Below are positions 1-8,354 of a stretch of DNA of 46,419 nt, piece by piece. The DNA comes from Methanobacteriota archaeon (GTDB lineage: Archaea > Thermoplasmatota > Poseidoniia > Poseidoniales > Thalassarchaeaceae): the NCBI GenBank assembly GCA_014240285.1, contig JAAZXI010000006.1:1-46419 (forward strand). Reading direction: 5' to 3'. The notes beneath the pieces are model-generated. The model did not search any database, was not told the DNA's origin, and saw nothing but the letters and a program-made list of their open reading frames with translations. How positions within the stretch are numbered: position 1 is the first letter of the stretch; each line of letters starts with the position of its first letter. The translations under genes were made by a program, and so were the position numbers.

Positions 1-256
1 GCTCCCTGTCAGTGGCCTTGACTGTGCCGCGAATGACTACGCTGGACTCGATGAGAGCTGTACGGAGGCTCTCGAATGTATCGTCACCGACGTCTTTGCG
101 CTTGATTACGCACTGCACGACACCAGTCGAATCTCGAATTACTAGAAACCAGATTTTGTTCGAGCCTCGGGACCTGTGTATCCAACCCTTCAGTTCGACC
201 TCGGACCCATCGTGACCCCCTGCTCTTACGTCGCCGACCCAGTGCTGCTTGCTCAT
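1..256 (-). CDS. asnS: Asparaginyl-tRNA synthetase, N-terminal OB-fold part. The start codon is in the window; the 3' part runs off the left edge.
   Basis: Not in the ORF track because it is edge-truncated. Minus-strand ATG at 256..254, open for 85 codons: MSKQHWVGDVRAGGHDGSEVELKGWIHRSRGSNKIWFLVIRDSTGVVQCVIKRKDVGDDTFESLRTALIESSVVIRGTVKATDRE. The GW..R...IWFLxIRDSTGxVQ and VG..TFE...ESSVxxxGxVKAxxR patterns match the class IIb Asn/Asp-RS anticodon-binding domain. From memory this is closest to archaeal AsnRS; AspRS is not excluded. Confidence 0.6.
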   Translation of the reverse strand, partial: MSKQHWVGDVRAGGHDGSEVELKGWIHRSRGSNKIWFLVIRDSTGVVQCVIKRKDVGDDTFESLRTALIESSVVIRGTVKATDRE

Positions 257-325
257 CGGCTCACTTCCTGTCGGCTACTCGCTCGCTCATCGGTTAAGAA
301 ACCTCGATTCAAAGGCATGTTTGGA

Positions 326-402
326 TGGCGAGTCTGACGGGGTTCGAACCCGCGACCGCCCGGTTAAGAGCCGGGTGCTCTACCTGACTAAGCTACAGAC
401 CC
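326..402 (-). tRNA. tRNA-Lys (anticodon CTT), CCA encoded
   Basis: Reverse complement reads GGGTCTG-TA-GCTTAGTCAGGTAGAGCA-CCCGG-CTCTTAA-CCGGG-CGGTC-GCGGG-TTCGAAC-CCCGT-CAGACTC-G-CCA. It has a 7-bp acceptor stem (one G-U), a 5-bp anticodon stem, a 7-nt loop with CTT at 34-36, and a GTTCGAA T-loop. Confidence 0.9.
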
Positions 403-423
403 AGCCCACCGACTTGACGCCAC

Positions 424-430
424 TCTATAA
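424..430 (-). promoter_or_regulatory. TATA-like box upstream of tRNA-Lys
   Basis: Minus strand reads GGTTATAGAG, centred about 25 nt upstream of the tRNA 5' end (402). The same spacing recurs at the other RNA genes in this window. Confidence 0.3.
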
Positions 431-448
431 CCGCGACGGAGCGAGTGA

Positions 449-1180
449 TTAGTCCAGTCTGCCGCCTTGCTTAACCATGGTCAGTACTTCTGACGGCGTC
501 GCCATCACGACCGCGTCGCACATACCTACGAACAGCCCCACTTCGACAACTCCGTCGACAGATAGGATTAGTTGTTCAAGCTGGCTAGGCTCGGAGATGG
601 TGGGGCCGAACTCGCAGTCGAGAATGTGTCCGCCGTTGTCGGTAACGTAGGGCGTCTGACCACCGCGCAGCCTCACGGACCCGGGGCATATCAAATCTAA
701 TTCATCCCGAACTCCCTCCCAGTCGCCGATATCGACCTCGAGAGGTAGGTCGAATCCCCCAAGGACAGGAACCTGCTTGCGGACATCCGCCACGACGACC
801 ATGGCTCGTGATGCAGCTGCCACTCTTTTCTCCCGGGTGAGAGCGCCACCACCACCCTTGATGAGTTGGAAATCCGGGTCGAACTCATCCGCACCGTCTA
901 TCGTCAGGTCGATCTCACCTGCCTGCTCAAGTGTGAGTAGTGGGATCCCAAGGCCCTCTGCCAGATGCCTCGTCGCCTCACTGGTCGGAACTCCCTTGAC
1001 CTCCAGTCCTTCCTCAACAATCCTACGGCCAATCTCCAGCACCGTGTAGCGGACTGTGGAACCAGTCCCAAGGCCGAGTGTCATGCCACTGTTGATGAAT
1101 GAACAAGCAGCGATTCCGGCCTCGCGCTTAAGCGCCTCGACCTCGTCCACGATGTGCGCTGGAGGTGCGCCGCGCATCAT
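449..1180 (-). CDS. rpiA: Ribose-5-phosphate isomerase A
   Basis: 243-aa ORF with an ATG start. Carries the RpiA motifs GLGTGSTV, IDGADE and KGGGGALTREK. Confidence 0.9.
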   Translation of the reverse strand: MMRGAPPAHIVDEVEALKREAGIAACSFINSGMTLGLGTGSTVRYTVLEIGRRIVEEGLEVKGVPTSEATRHLAEGLGIPLLTLEQAGEIDLTIDGADEFDPDFQLIKGGGGALTREKRVAAASRAMVVVADVRKQVPVLGGFDLPLEVDIGDWEGVRDELDLICPGSVRLRGGQTPYVTDNGGHILDCEFGPTISEPSQLEQLILSVDGVVEVGLFVGMCDAVVMATPSEVLTMVKQGGRLD

Positions 1181-1212
1181 GGTTTCCGCGTGCTCATGTT
1201 GTCAAAAGTGGT

Positions 1213-1220
1213 GATATATT
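1213..1220 (+). promoter_or_regulatory. TATA-like box for the RNase P RNA gene
   Basis: GATATATT lies about 22-25 nt upstream of the proposed P1 5' end at 1237. Confidence 0.35.
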
Positions 1221-1236
1221 CGACCGAGGGGTTCAT

Positions 1237-1559
1237 GCGAGGTACCTGCACCCGTGGGTGTGAGGGAGCAGGAGGGTCGCTGACAGTGTACGACACTGAG
1301 GAAAGTCCCCTCTCCGCGATGCAGGTGGTCCGACGCAAGTCGGAGGTCCGGGAGGGCCGGCTCTGCAACAGAAACGAACCGCGCCAGGCGCACTATGAAC
1401 CCGAAAGGGGGAGGTTTCCTGACCGCGGCTGGAACGAGCACCCCCGCCGGAGCAAGTCCAAGCAGGTCTGCAAGGCATCGACAGGACCGGGTAGGACGCA
1501 TAGTTGAATGCGACCAGCCGAAAGGTGAACAGAAAGGGGCTTACTCCCTGCACCCTCGC
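1237..1559 (+). ncRNA. rnpB: RNase P RNA (archaeal type A-like)
   Basis: The region holds only short mutually overlapping ORFs on both strands.
- Universal CR-I GAGGAAAGTCC at 1298..1308.
- ACAGAAA at 1368..1374.
- CCGGAGCAAGTCCAAGCAGG at 1447..1466. From memory, compare the CCGGAGCAAGGCCAAAUAGG segment of E. coli M1 RNA.
- CR-V-like ACAGAAAGGGGCTTAC at 1529..1544.
- 5' GCGAGG (1237..1242) pairs with 3' CCTCGC (1554..1559) as P1.
The ends are approximate, within a few nt. Confidence 0.88.
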
Positions 1560-1578
1560 ACTACTGTGTTAGCGTTCG

Positions 1579-4500
1579 CTATTCGATTACAGCATCGAGG
1601 ACCGTTTCTGCTGCTAAGACTCCACTTTGATCATAGTCCAGCCAAGAATCACCTCGTGATATCCTATGGCCAAACTCGTGGTATGAGACAATCATAGCTG
1701 GCAATAGTATGGAGCTAGTCAGTAACGCTAGAATCAGAAGCAGCATCATCAGTACGAAGAAATTCTGTAGTCCGGGTATCGCGACGAACAAACCTGCAGC
1801 AAGGCCGGCACATGTTGTCGTGGTGGTCTCGAAGATAGTCTGGCCGGTTCTGGAGACCGACTTGACTATGCCAGCAGGAGTTTCGCCCTCGTCTTTTATT
1901 CTGTCAACTATGTGGATTGAATCATCAACCCCAATACCAAAGACAATTGTCCCAACCATGGCCGTGAAGAAATTCACATTAACGCCTCCGCTGCGCATCA
2001 GCAATGGTTGCCAAATCACTACAACTCCGACAGCAACCATGGTGAAGAAGGCTAGTCGAGGAGAGCGGAACAGGAAGGCCATCACGATTAGCAGTATGAG
2101 CATGGTAGCCACGGTGGTCTCGGACTGAGCCTCGTGTACTCCGTCATTGACGTCTATTGATACAGGTAGTCCTCCGGTAAGCAACGAGTTGAATACTTGC
2201 TGTATACCAAGTCCCTGACAGGTCCATGCAGACTCTCCGCAACCACCTGACCCACCAAGGAACCCATCGATAGCATCACGCAAAACAGTGGCATTTCCCA
2301 AATTGAGGTAGGGTTGATTGACATACACCAATGTCTTGGTCTCACCAGTACCCTGATCGGTGTTCATCAGCATCGAGCGGACCTCGGGTGAGAGAGTATC
2401 GAAGGCCACGTTCACCATGTCCTCGCGGCTGGTCGCCGCGTAGGCCCAGCAATCGGGACGAAGGGGGTTGGTCGACTCGTCCCAGCACTCGTCGTGAAGG
2501 ATTTCCCAAAGGCTCTCGTCGTATAATTCCAAATCACCAATAACCACATCGACATGTATCGATTTGAGAATGGTTACCAGACTTATCGTAGTTGTATTGG
2601 CTACTTGATCGATCTTTTCTATCTGCATTATATCTATGGCATCCAGTATAGGGAGGTCGCGAATTGGGGCAGTACCATTCTGAGCACCTCTCTGAGTTGC
2701 ATCAACAATGAACATGTTCGTCTGTCCGCCATCGAAGACATCGCTGTACTCCCTCAGCGTCTCGTAGGACTCTAGGCCGGGAGGGACCTCATCAGAAGCC
2801 CCACTGATTCCCTTGCCCAATTCTTCCTCCAGTATTGAGGCCCCGTAAAGAGTTAGGGAAAGGGTGACTAATAGGACTATTACTGTGGATTTCACGGGAA
2901 TTTCGCCTATGAATTCCCACATCTTATCGAAGGCTTTGGAGCGCTTCTTCCTGTACCTCAGAAGTTGTACTAGAGCCGGTACCAAAACCATGGACATAAC
3001 GAATGTGATTGCGATTCCCAGAACCAAGGTAGTACCGACTGTCCTCATCGGCTCTATGGGAACTAGACTCGGCCATCTGAGAACGCTGAAACCAATGATT
3101 GTGGTCAACGCTGACAGGAAGATAGCGTGTCCGGTGGTGAGCACCGCCCTGACCGTCGCTGTCAGGCTGATGTGAGGATCCCAGGGATCGATATCCTCAG
3201 TTTGGAATCCATCTCTCTGGGCGGACCATGCCATCTCTAGACGTTCCTCAATCAGATCAATACGATTCTCCTCAATTCTGTTAGTGAGGTGAAGGGCATA
3301 GTCGACACCTAAACCCACTAGAATGGGGCCCACTGAGATTATCATTGGAGTAAGCATGATATCTGCTATGACTGTAATTCCGAATGTAATTATTAGACTC
3401 ATTAGGATTGGTGCGCCGCAGATGATTATCACCTTCGGATTTCGATGCAACAATAGCATTGCGAGGCAGACTAGAACCACGCTGATTGGTAGCATCTTCT
3501 GCACTAGTTCGAGATAAATCGCATCTGAGATGTCATGAACCACTGGAGTTAGTCCGGTAATGGTGACTGCCTTTCTGTCATCCGTGGAAGTGAAATCATC
3601 CATCGTAGAGGTTGGGGAATTGTAGACACGGTGGCAGATTTGGCAGTCCGAGATGTTGGACTTCTCGTAGATTAGTACCTCCGCGTACTCGATGAATGCC
3701 CTGTGATCTCTGAGGACACCTGTAGGATTCTCTTCTGTCTCTCCCTTGGGGTCCTCGCGTGGAATGATTGCGGTGTCGGACATGTCGTATTTCAGCCCTA
3801 TAATGACTACTGCCGTGTCCCAAATGCCATCGCCCTCGTTGTCCGTAATTCCGTCATTATTCTCGTCTATTTCTGGATTGGGATCTTGAGTATCTCTAAC
3901 AAAACTGGAAAGGAGTGGCTCTGCGTCCTGAACGAATCGATCTATCCTTTCTTGGGCCCCCTCCCCATCAGGGATAGAGTAACCTTCGAAAGGATTCAGA
4001 GATGATACCAAACAGTCCTCGCTATCGCCAGTAGGGAGTGCGTGCTTCTCCATAGCGCAATTGAATCTGTAACTAGAAGAGTTGGCTTCCTTGATGATTT
4101 GAGCAGGAGAAAGTACCCAAACAACTCCGTCGATTTCGCCTCTGTCCTCTTTGTTGTAGTCTAGGCCAGATCCATATCCTCCTATGCCCCTATTCTGGTC
4201 GTCCCCCTCAATCCAAGAAATCTGTTTCAGGATATCTACGCTGGTTATGTTTTCAGTCCCCCGTAGACTAGGATCTTCAATCGCGTTGTTAGTCTGGACA
4301 TACAGCATGAAGATGTCTGTTGACCACTGCTCGCGCACCTGCTGTAGGAGCACAGTTGAGTCGGCACCATCGGGCAAGTAAATTTCCACATCACCATTGA
4401 TTTGATGCTCGAACTTCTCGGCGTACCCATACATCGAAGCTGTTACCAATAGCAGTAGAATCGCCACTGCTGCAGGGCTCCTCAGGATTGATGAATAGGT

Positions 4501-4737
4501 TAGCTCCGCCGTCCTGCGAGTGGTGGCCTCGGCGGCGTCGCTGGCGTCGTCGACTAGTTGGGCCATGGTGTCCAGACCTTCACCGATGAAACTGCCAGCG
4601 AACCCCTTACGGGCTCCGTCATAGGCTTCCTTGAGCGGCTTGAGTCTCTCAAAGAAGCCGTCCCAGAAAGCAGCCTCGTCGTCGCGGTCGTCTCCATCTC
4701 TGATGGAGTACTTGTCCTCTGGTTCGGCTTGCGTCAC
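1579..4737 (-). CDS. MMPL/RND-superfamily exporter (COG1033-like) with two very large extracytoplasmic loops
   Basis: 1052 aa. It has two homologous halves, each a large hydrophilic loop followed by a TM bundle with a GxGxD(Y/D)xxH motif (GLGVDYALHL; GIGVDDSIHI). GTG start with GGAGG 9 nt upstream. The loops carry paired cysteines. Confidence 0.8.
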   Translation of the reverse strand: MTQAEPEDKYSIRDGDDRDDEAAFWDGFFERLKPLKEAYDGARKGFAGSFIGEGLDTMAQLVDDASDAAEATTRRTAELTYSSILRSPAAVAILLLLVTASMYGYAEKFEHQINGDVEIYLPDGADSTVLLQQVREQWSTDIFMLYVQTNNAIEDPSLRGTENITSVDILKQISWIEGDDQNRGIGGYGSGLDYNKEDRGEIDGVVWVLSPAQIIKEANSSSYRFNCAMEKHALPTGDSEDCLVSSLNPFEGYSIPDGEGAQERIDRFVQDAEPLLSSFVRDTQDPNPEIDENNDGITDNEGDGIWDTAVVIIGLKYDMSDTAIIPREDPKGETEENPTGVLRDHRAFIEYAEVLIYEKSNISDCQICHRVYNSPTSTMDDFTSTDDRKAVTITGLTPVVHDISDAIYLELVQKMLPISVVLVCLAMLLLHRNPKVIIICGAPILMSLIITFGITVIADIMLTPMIISVGPILVGLGVDYALHLTNRIEENRIDLIEERLEMAWSAQRDGFQTEDIDPWDPHISLTATVRAVLTTGHAIFLSALTTIIGFSVLRWPSLVPIEPMRTVGTTLVLGIAITFVMSMVLVPALVQLLRYRKKRSKAFDKMWEFIGEIPVKSTVIVLLVTLSLTLYGASILEEELGKGISGASDEVPPGLESYETLREYSDVFDGGQTNMFIVDATQRGAQNGTAPIRDLPILDAIDIMQIEKIDQVANTTTISLVTILKSIHVDVVIGDLELYDESLWEILHDECWDESTNPLRPDCWAYAATSREDMVNVAFDTLSPEVRSMLMNTDQGTGETKTLVYVNQPYLNLGNATVLRDAIDGFLGGSGGCGESAWTCQGLGIQQVFNSLLTGGLPVSIDVNDGVHEAQSETTVATMLILLIVMAFLFRSPRLAFFTMVAVGVVVIWQPLLMRSGGVNVNFFTAMVGTIVFGIGVDDSIHIVDRIKDEGETPAGIVKSVSRTGQTIFETTTTTCAGLAAGLFVAIPGLQNFFVLMMLLLILALLTSSILLPAMIVSYHEFGHRISRGDSWLDYDQSGVLAAETVLDAVIE

Positions 4738-4746
4738 AAGGTGGGG

Positions 4747-4794
4747 CCTCCACGGGAGCCAAATGAAGCGTTCGCATCGGCTCCTCGTGGGAGG
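4747..4794 (-). promoter_or_regulatory. Imperfect inverted repeat (RNA hairpin) that includes the Shine-Dalgarno of the exporter gene
   Basis: Minus strand reads CCTCCCACGAGGAGCC-(18 nt)-GGCTCCCGTGGAGG. That gives 14 bp, mostly G-C, with two 1-nt bulges. The 3' arm ends in the GGAGG located 9 nt before the GTG at 4737. Confidence 0.35.
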
Positions 4795-4810
4795 CGTGTT
4801 ACGGACAGGA

Positions 4811-5068
4811 TCAGGAATCCTGGAACTGGCTGACCGTGGTGACTGCCTGCTCGCCGTCGATTACCCGGCGTAGGGCGGCCATGCTAATCACCAGAGGCAC
4901 GTAGTCCGTGCCGTCCGATGTGGCGTAGGTTCGGCAGTTGGTGACTGCATCGGAGTGCAGGCTGAGCTTGAGAGCTCCGCCCGCCCTACTGCATCGAGCC
5001 CACCCCATGAGGGTGGTGCTCTGTTCGTTCTCGGGCTGTGCTTCTTTCTTTGGGGTTGCTTTTGCCAT
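4811..5068 (-). CDS. Small hypothetical protein (85 aa) with a lysine-rich N-terminus, upstream of and co-directional with the exporter
   Basis: ATG preceded by GGAGGT with 6-nt spacing (ggaggtacagaaATG). No family recognised. Confidence 0.5.
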   Translation of the reverse strand: MAKATPKKEAQPENEQSTTLMGWARCSRAGGALKLSLHSDAVTNCRTYATSDGTDYVPLVISMAALRRVIDGEQAVTTVSQFQDS

Positions 5069-5209
5069 TTCTGTACCTCCTAAGTTTCACATGCCAACTG
5101 CCGAGCCGGTAATGAATCGAATCGTGGGAGGAGACGCAAAGTGAAGATGAATTTTCATCCTCAGCCACGGGCTGTACTTAGTGGGCAATCATCGAATCCC
5201 TGAAAGTGG

Positions 5210-5908
5210 ATGAGCCCCCCGCAAGGATACATGGCCAGGAGAAGGAGGGCGGCTGCCCCGAAGGGCAGGGACGATGATGTCAGACTGATAGCGGCTCTGG
5301 TAACTTTCGGAGTAACCAGCATGATCCTGATGGCGGTAATGTTGCTGGCACCCATTGTCAAGGTTGGTCCTTCGGAGGGCGAATTGGCTCCTGACTTCTC
5401 GGCTCAGGCTTACAACGGGGGAGGATGGGAGGATTTCCGACTGTCCGAATTATTCGACAAAGGCTGGGAGTCTGGAGATGAGGGTAACTGGATAGTCGTG
5501 CAGTACATCGACACGGACTGTCCCTACTGTTGGAGCGAGGGAGAGCTGATGGGGCAGTTGCACTCTCAGTGGAACCAGAAGGTGACCTTCGTAACAGTTG
5601 TAGTGGAGCTCGAGATTCAGGGCCATTCTAGCAGCAGGGAGGAGGTTGAGGCTTTCAGGGACAAGACTTCATTCGACGGTTGCAAAACCAACTCGAACTG
5701 CGCCGACAGGCCTGGTAACACACACTCGTGGACCTATGTAGACGACTTGAATTTAAGGACGAGCGGAGACTGGGAGTTGCCCGGAACCCCGTTCTCAGCA
5801 CTGCTACAGCCTGATGTGATAGTGGCTTGGAACCCGCAGCAGCTGGGCAACCACCCCGATGGAGAGGAGATGGAAGGTGCTCTACAGCGCCTGGTGGGTG
5901 GTTCTTGA
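5210..5908 (+). CDS. Membrane-anchored thioredoxin-fold thiol:disulfide oxidoreductase (CPYC active site)
   Basis: Basic N-terminus plus one TM (LIAALVTFGVTSMILMAVMLLAPIV), then a redoxin-like VVQYIDTDCPYCWSEG. An alternative ATG lies at 5231. Confidence 0.7.
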   Translation: MSPPQGYMARRRRAAAPKGRDDDVRLIAALVTFGVTSMILMAVMLLAPIVKVGPSEGELAPDFSAQAYNGGGWEDFRLSELFDKGWESGDEGNWIVVQYIDTDCPYCWSEGELMGQLHSQWNQKVTFVTVVVELEIQGHSSSREEVEAFRDKTSFDGCKTNSNCADRPGNTHSWTYVDDLNLRTSGDWELPGTPFSALLQPDVIVAWNPQQLGNHPDGEEMEGALQRLVGGS

Positions 5909-6474
5909 TGGCTCTAGATATCCCTCTGATAGTCTTCATCGTCGGACTTGCGATTGCCTCGACCCTAGCAGTGCAAGCCAGATCGAAGGAAGGTGAAGAC
6001 GGCACTAGGACGATGCTCGATTCAGGATTGGCATTCTCAGTTGTCGGACTGATATCATCTGGCTGGACCTACGCTATCCACAACTCAATTCTTGAATCTG
6101 GAGAGACCACCATGTGCGCCTCAAAGGGACTCGTCCAGTGCGGCTCTGTGATAGGCGACCCGGAATGGAACAACCTTTTCGGCATCCCATGGGGGATTAC
6201 TGGTCTGCTCTCTTTCAGCCTGCTGTTTTTCCTTTTCCTATCACTGCGGATGGATATGCACGCGAAGTGGGCAGAGTCTTTCACCACCTACTCGTTACTT
6301 GCTGGACTCGCAGGGGTACCCTTTGTCGCCTTCCTGATTTTCGTGGAACTGACTCAAGTCGAAGGTGCCCCTCATATCTGCCCGTTCTGCACCGTTGCTC
6401 ACTTGTCCTTGGTTGGATTCCTGATTGTCGCTTACATCGTCCGTGAGCGCAAGCAAAACGATATGTGGGCCTGA
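5908..6474 (+). CDS. Vitamin K epoxide reductase (VKOR) family protein
   Basis: Loop cysteine pair with C-x7-C spacing (CASKGLVQCGS) followed by Ser. A CPFC redox motif sits in the last TM region; 4-5 TM segments. The ATG at 5908 overlaps the upstream TGA (TGATG). The track ORF from 5827 is an overextension. Confidence 0.8.
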   Translation: MALDIPLIVFIVGLAIASTLAVQARSKEGEDGTRTMLDSGLAFSVVGLISSGWTYAIHNSILESGETTMCASKGLVQCGSVIGDPEWNNLFGIPWGITGLLSFSLLFFLFLSLRMDMHAKWAESFTTYSLLAGLAGVPFVAFLIFVELTQVEGAPHICPFCTVAHLSLVGFLIVAYIVRERKQNDMWA

Positions 6475-6529
6475 TTAGTCGGCGACGGCGACCCGATGGA
6501 CTCAAGACTGACTCTAGGGTCGAGCGGCC

Positions 6530-7471
6530 ATGGAACTGGTGACTGGAGGAGCCGGGTTCATCGGTTCCCACCTAGTTGACTCGTTGACCTCTCAGGGTAA
6601 GCGCGTACGCGTACTCGACAACTTCAGCAGCGGGCGCGAGGAGTTCCTCTCCCATCACGCTAGCTCGGGAATGGTGGAGGTCGTGAGGGGGGATCTGCTC
6701 GATCTCGAATCTGTAATGTCTGCCATGGAGGGCGTGGACACTGTCCACCACATGGCAGCCAACCCTGACATCAGACTGGGTACCTCGGTCACCGATACCG
6801 ACCTCAAGCAAGGCACGATAGCGACCTACAACGTCCTAGAGTCCATGCGCATGGAGGGAGTGAGTAGGATCTCGTTCTCCTCGTCTTCGGCAGTGTATGG
6901 GGAGGCTTCCCAGATGCCGACGCCAGAGACCTATGGTCCGATTAAGCCGATCTCACTCTATGGGGCTTCCAAACTCGCCTCTGAGGCTCTGATTACCGCT
7001 TGGTGCGGTACTTTCGGGGCCAAGTCGTGGGTCCACAGGTTCGCCAACATCGTTGGACCTAGGGGGACTCATGGCGTCATCTACGACTTCGTGCATAAAC
7101 TCAAGGCCGACCCGTCCCGGCTGGAGGTCCTAGGGGACGGTCGGCAGGAGAAATCGTACATGTCGGCCGAAGACTGCGTCAGCGCCATGCTGCACTTAGT
7201 TGACGGCGTTAATGCTGATGTCAACCTGTACAACCTCGGAACCGGGGATACTTGCTCAGTTAGGAGGATCGCGGAAATCGTGGTCGAGGAGAGCGATCTA
7301 GAAGGAGTCTCGATAGAATACACCGGGGGGGACCGTGGCTGGGCCGGAGACGTTCCGAAGACTTCCCTTGATGTCGAGTCGCTGTTCTCTACCGGATTCT
7401 CGCCCCAGATGCAGTCAGAGCAGGCAATCAGGCACACTGCGCAGGCGCTGATAGACGAGATAGGTCTGTGA
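6530..7471 (+). CDS. NAD-dependent epimerase/dehydratase (UDP-sugar 4-epimerase-like SDR)
   Basis: N-terminal TGGAGFIGSHL Rossmann motif and a YGASK catalytic motif; 313 aa. Confidence 0.85.
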   Translation: MELVTGGAGFIGSHLVDSLTSQGKRVRVLDNFSSGREEFLSHHASSGMVEVVRGDLLDLESVMSAMEGVDTVHHMAANPDIRLGTSVTDTDLKQGTIATYNVLESMRMEGVSRISFSSSSAVYGEASQMPTPETYGPIKPISLYGASKLASEALITAWCGTFGAKSWVHRFANIVGPRGTHGVIYDFVHKLKADPSRLEVLGDGRQEKSYMSAEDCVSAMLHLVDGVNADVNLYNLGTGDTCSVRRIAEIVVEESDLEGVSIEYTGGDRGWAGDVPKTSLDVESLFSTGFSPQMQSEQAIRHTAQALIDEIGL

Positions 7472-7486
7472 GCTCTCTGGCGAGCC

Positions 7487-7495
7487 ATTACATAA
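7487..7495 (+). promoter_or_regulatory. TATA-like box, implying a leaderless rlmE transcript
   Basis: ATTACATAA is centred 26 nt upstream of the ATG at 7517. No SD lies in between. Confidence 0.3.
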
Positions 7496-7516
7496 CTCCC
7501 TGACCGAGGACTTGGT

Positions 7517-8266
7517 ATGAGCAAGCGCTGGTACCAAGACAACAGGCGCGATGCATGGAGGCGGATAGCACGCTCCAAGGGATATCGCACGCGCTCCGCG
7601 TACAAGCTCAAACAGATCCAAGAGCGCTTCGGCATCATCCGCAAAGGGGATGTCGTGCTCGATGTAGGATGCCATCCCGGAGGGTGGGTTCAGGTGGCCG
7701 TCGAAGAGGTCGGAGAAGAAGGACTGGTAATCGGAGTGGACCTGTTGGCGACATCGCCTGTCGACGGTGCTAGCATCATCATCGGCGACATCACCGAGGA
7801 GGATACGATTGCACGGATTGAGCAGATGCTGGGTGAGCGTGAGCTGAATGTTGTGGTCAGTGACATTTCCCCTAATTTGACTGGGCGCTACGACACTGAT
7901 CAGACGATTTCACTTGAGCTTTCAACTCAGGTCCTCGATGCAGCAATGAAGTTCATCCCTGCAGGGGGTAACTTCGTCACGAAGATATTCCAGGGCACGG
8001 GTATAGAGGGCCTGGTCACCGCTGCTCGGGATCGCTTTTCTAACGTCCAGAGATACTCGCCCACGGCAAGTCGGAGTGCGTCCTCGGAGACCTATCTGAT
8101 CTGTCAGAACAGAATGCCTCGACCTCGGGGTAAGGCCCGAGGGAAGAGTGCGTCGGAACAGGTGCAGAGTCACTTGTCCGAACTTGGAATTGTCGTCGAA
8201 GAGGAGTCTGACGTGGTGGAGTCGAAGGTTGGTTTCAGGCGCATTCAGAAGCGCGAGGAAGAGTGA
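7517..8266 (+). CDS. rlmE: 23S rRNA 2'-O-ribose methyltransferase RlmE/FtsJ with a charged C-terminal extension
   Basis: Contains RSRAYKL-like SAYKLKQIQERF and the SAM motif VLDVGCHPGGW; DISPN matches the FtsJ family. Confidence 0.85.
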   Translation: MSKRWYQDNRRDAWRRIARSKGYRTRSAYKLKQIQERFGIIRKGDVVLDVGCHPGGWVQVAVEEVGEEGLVIGVDLLATSPVDGASIIIGDITEEDTIARIEQMLGERELNVVVSDISPNLTGRYDTDQTISLELSTQVLDAAMKFIPAGGNFVTKIFQGTGIEGLVTAARDRFSNVQRYSPTASRSASSETYLICQNRMPRPRGKARGKSASEQVQSHLSELGIVVEEESDVVESKVGFRRIQKREEE

Positions 8267-8354
8267 CCAGTTTCAGCCTGCCCTACGGAAGGAATACAGT
8301 TTCAGCCCACTCTCTAGCTCGGTTTCATAACCGTGAGGTTGATTCATCCCGTGA

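Noticed and set aside
12-452. Track ORFs 12..215 (+) and 249..452 (+)
   Set aside because: The first is antisense to the well-supported AsnRS N-terminus. The second runs straight through tRNA-Lys.
5827-5907. 5' extension of the VKOR ORF overlapping the Trx-fold gene
   Set aside because: The extension is Arg/Gly/Pro-rich and out of character. ATG 5908 overlaps the upstream stop (TGATG) and is followed directly by the first TM.
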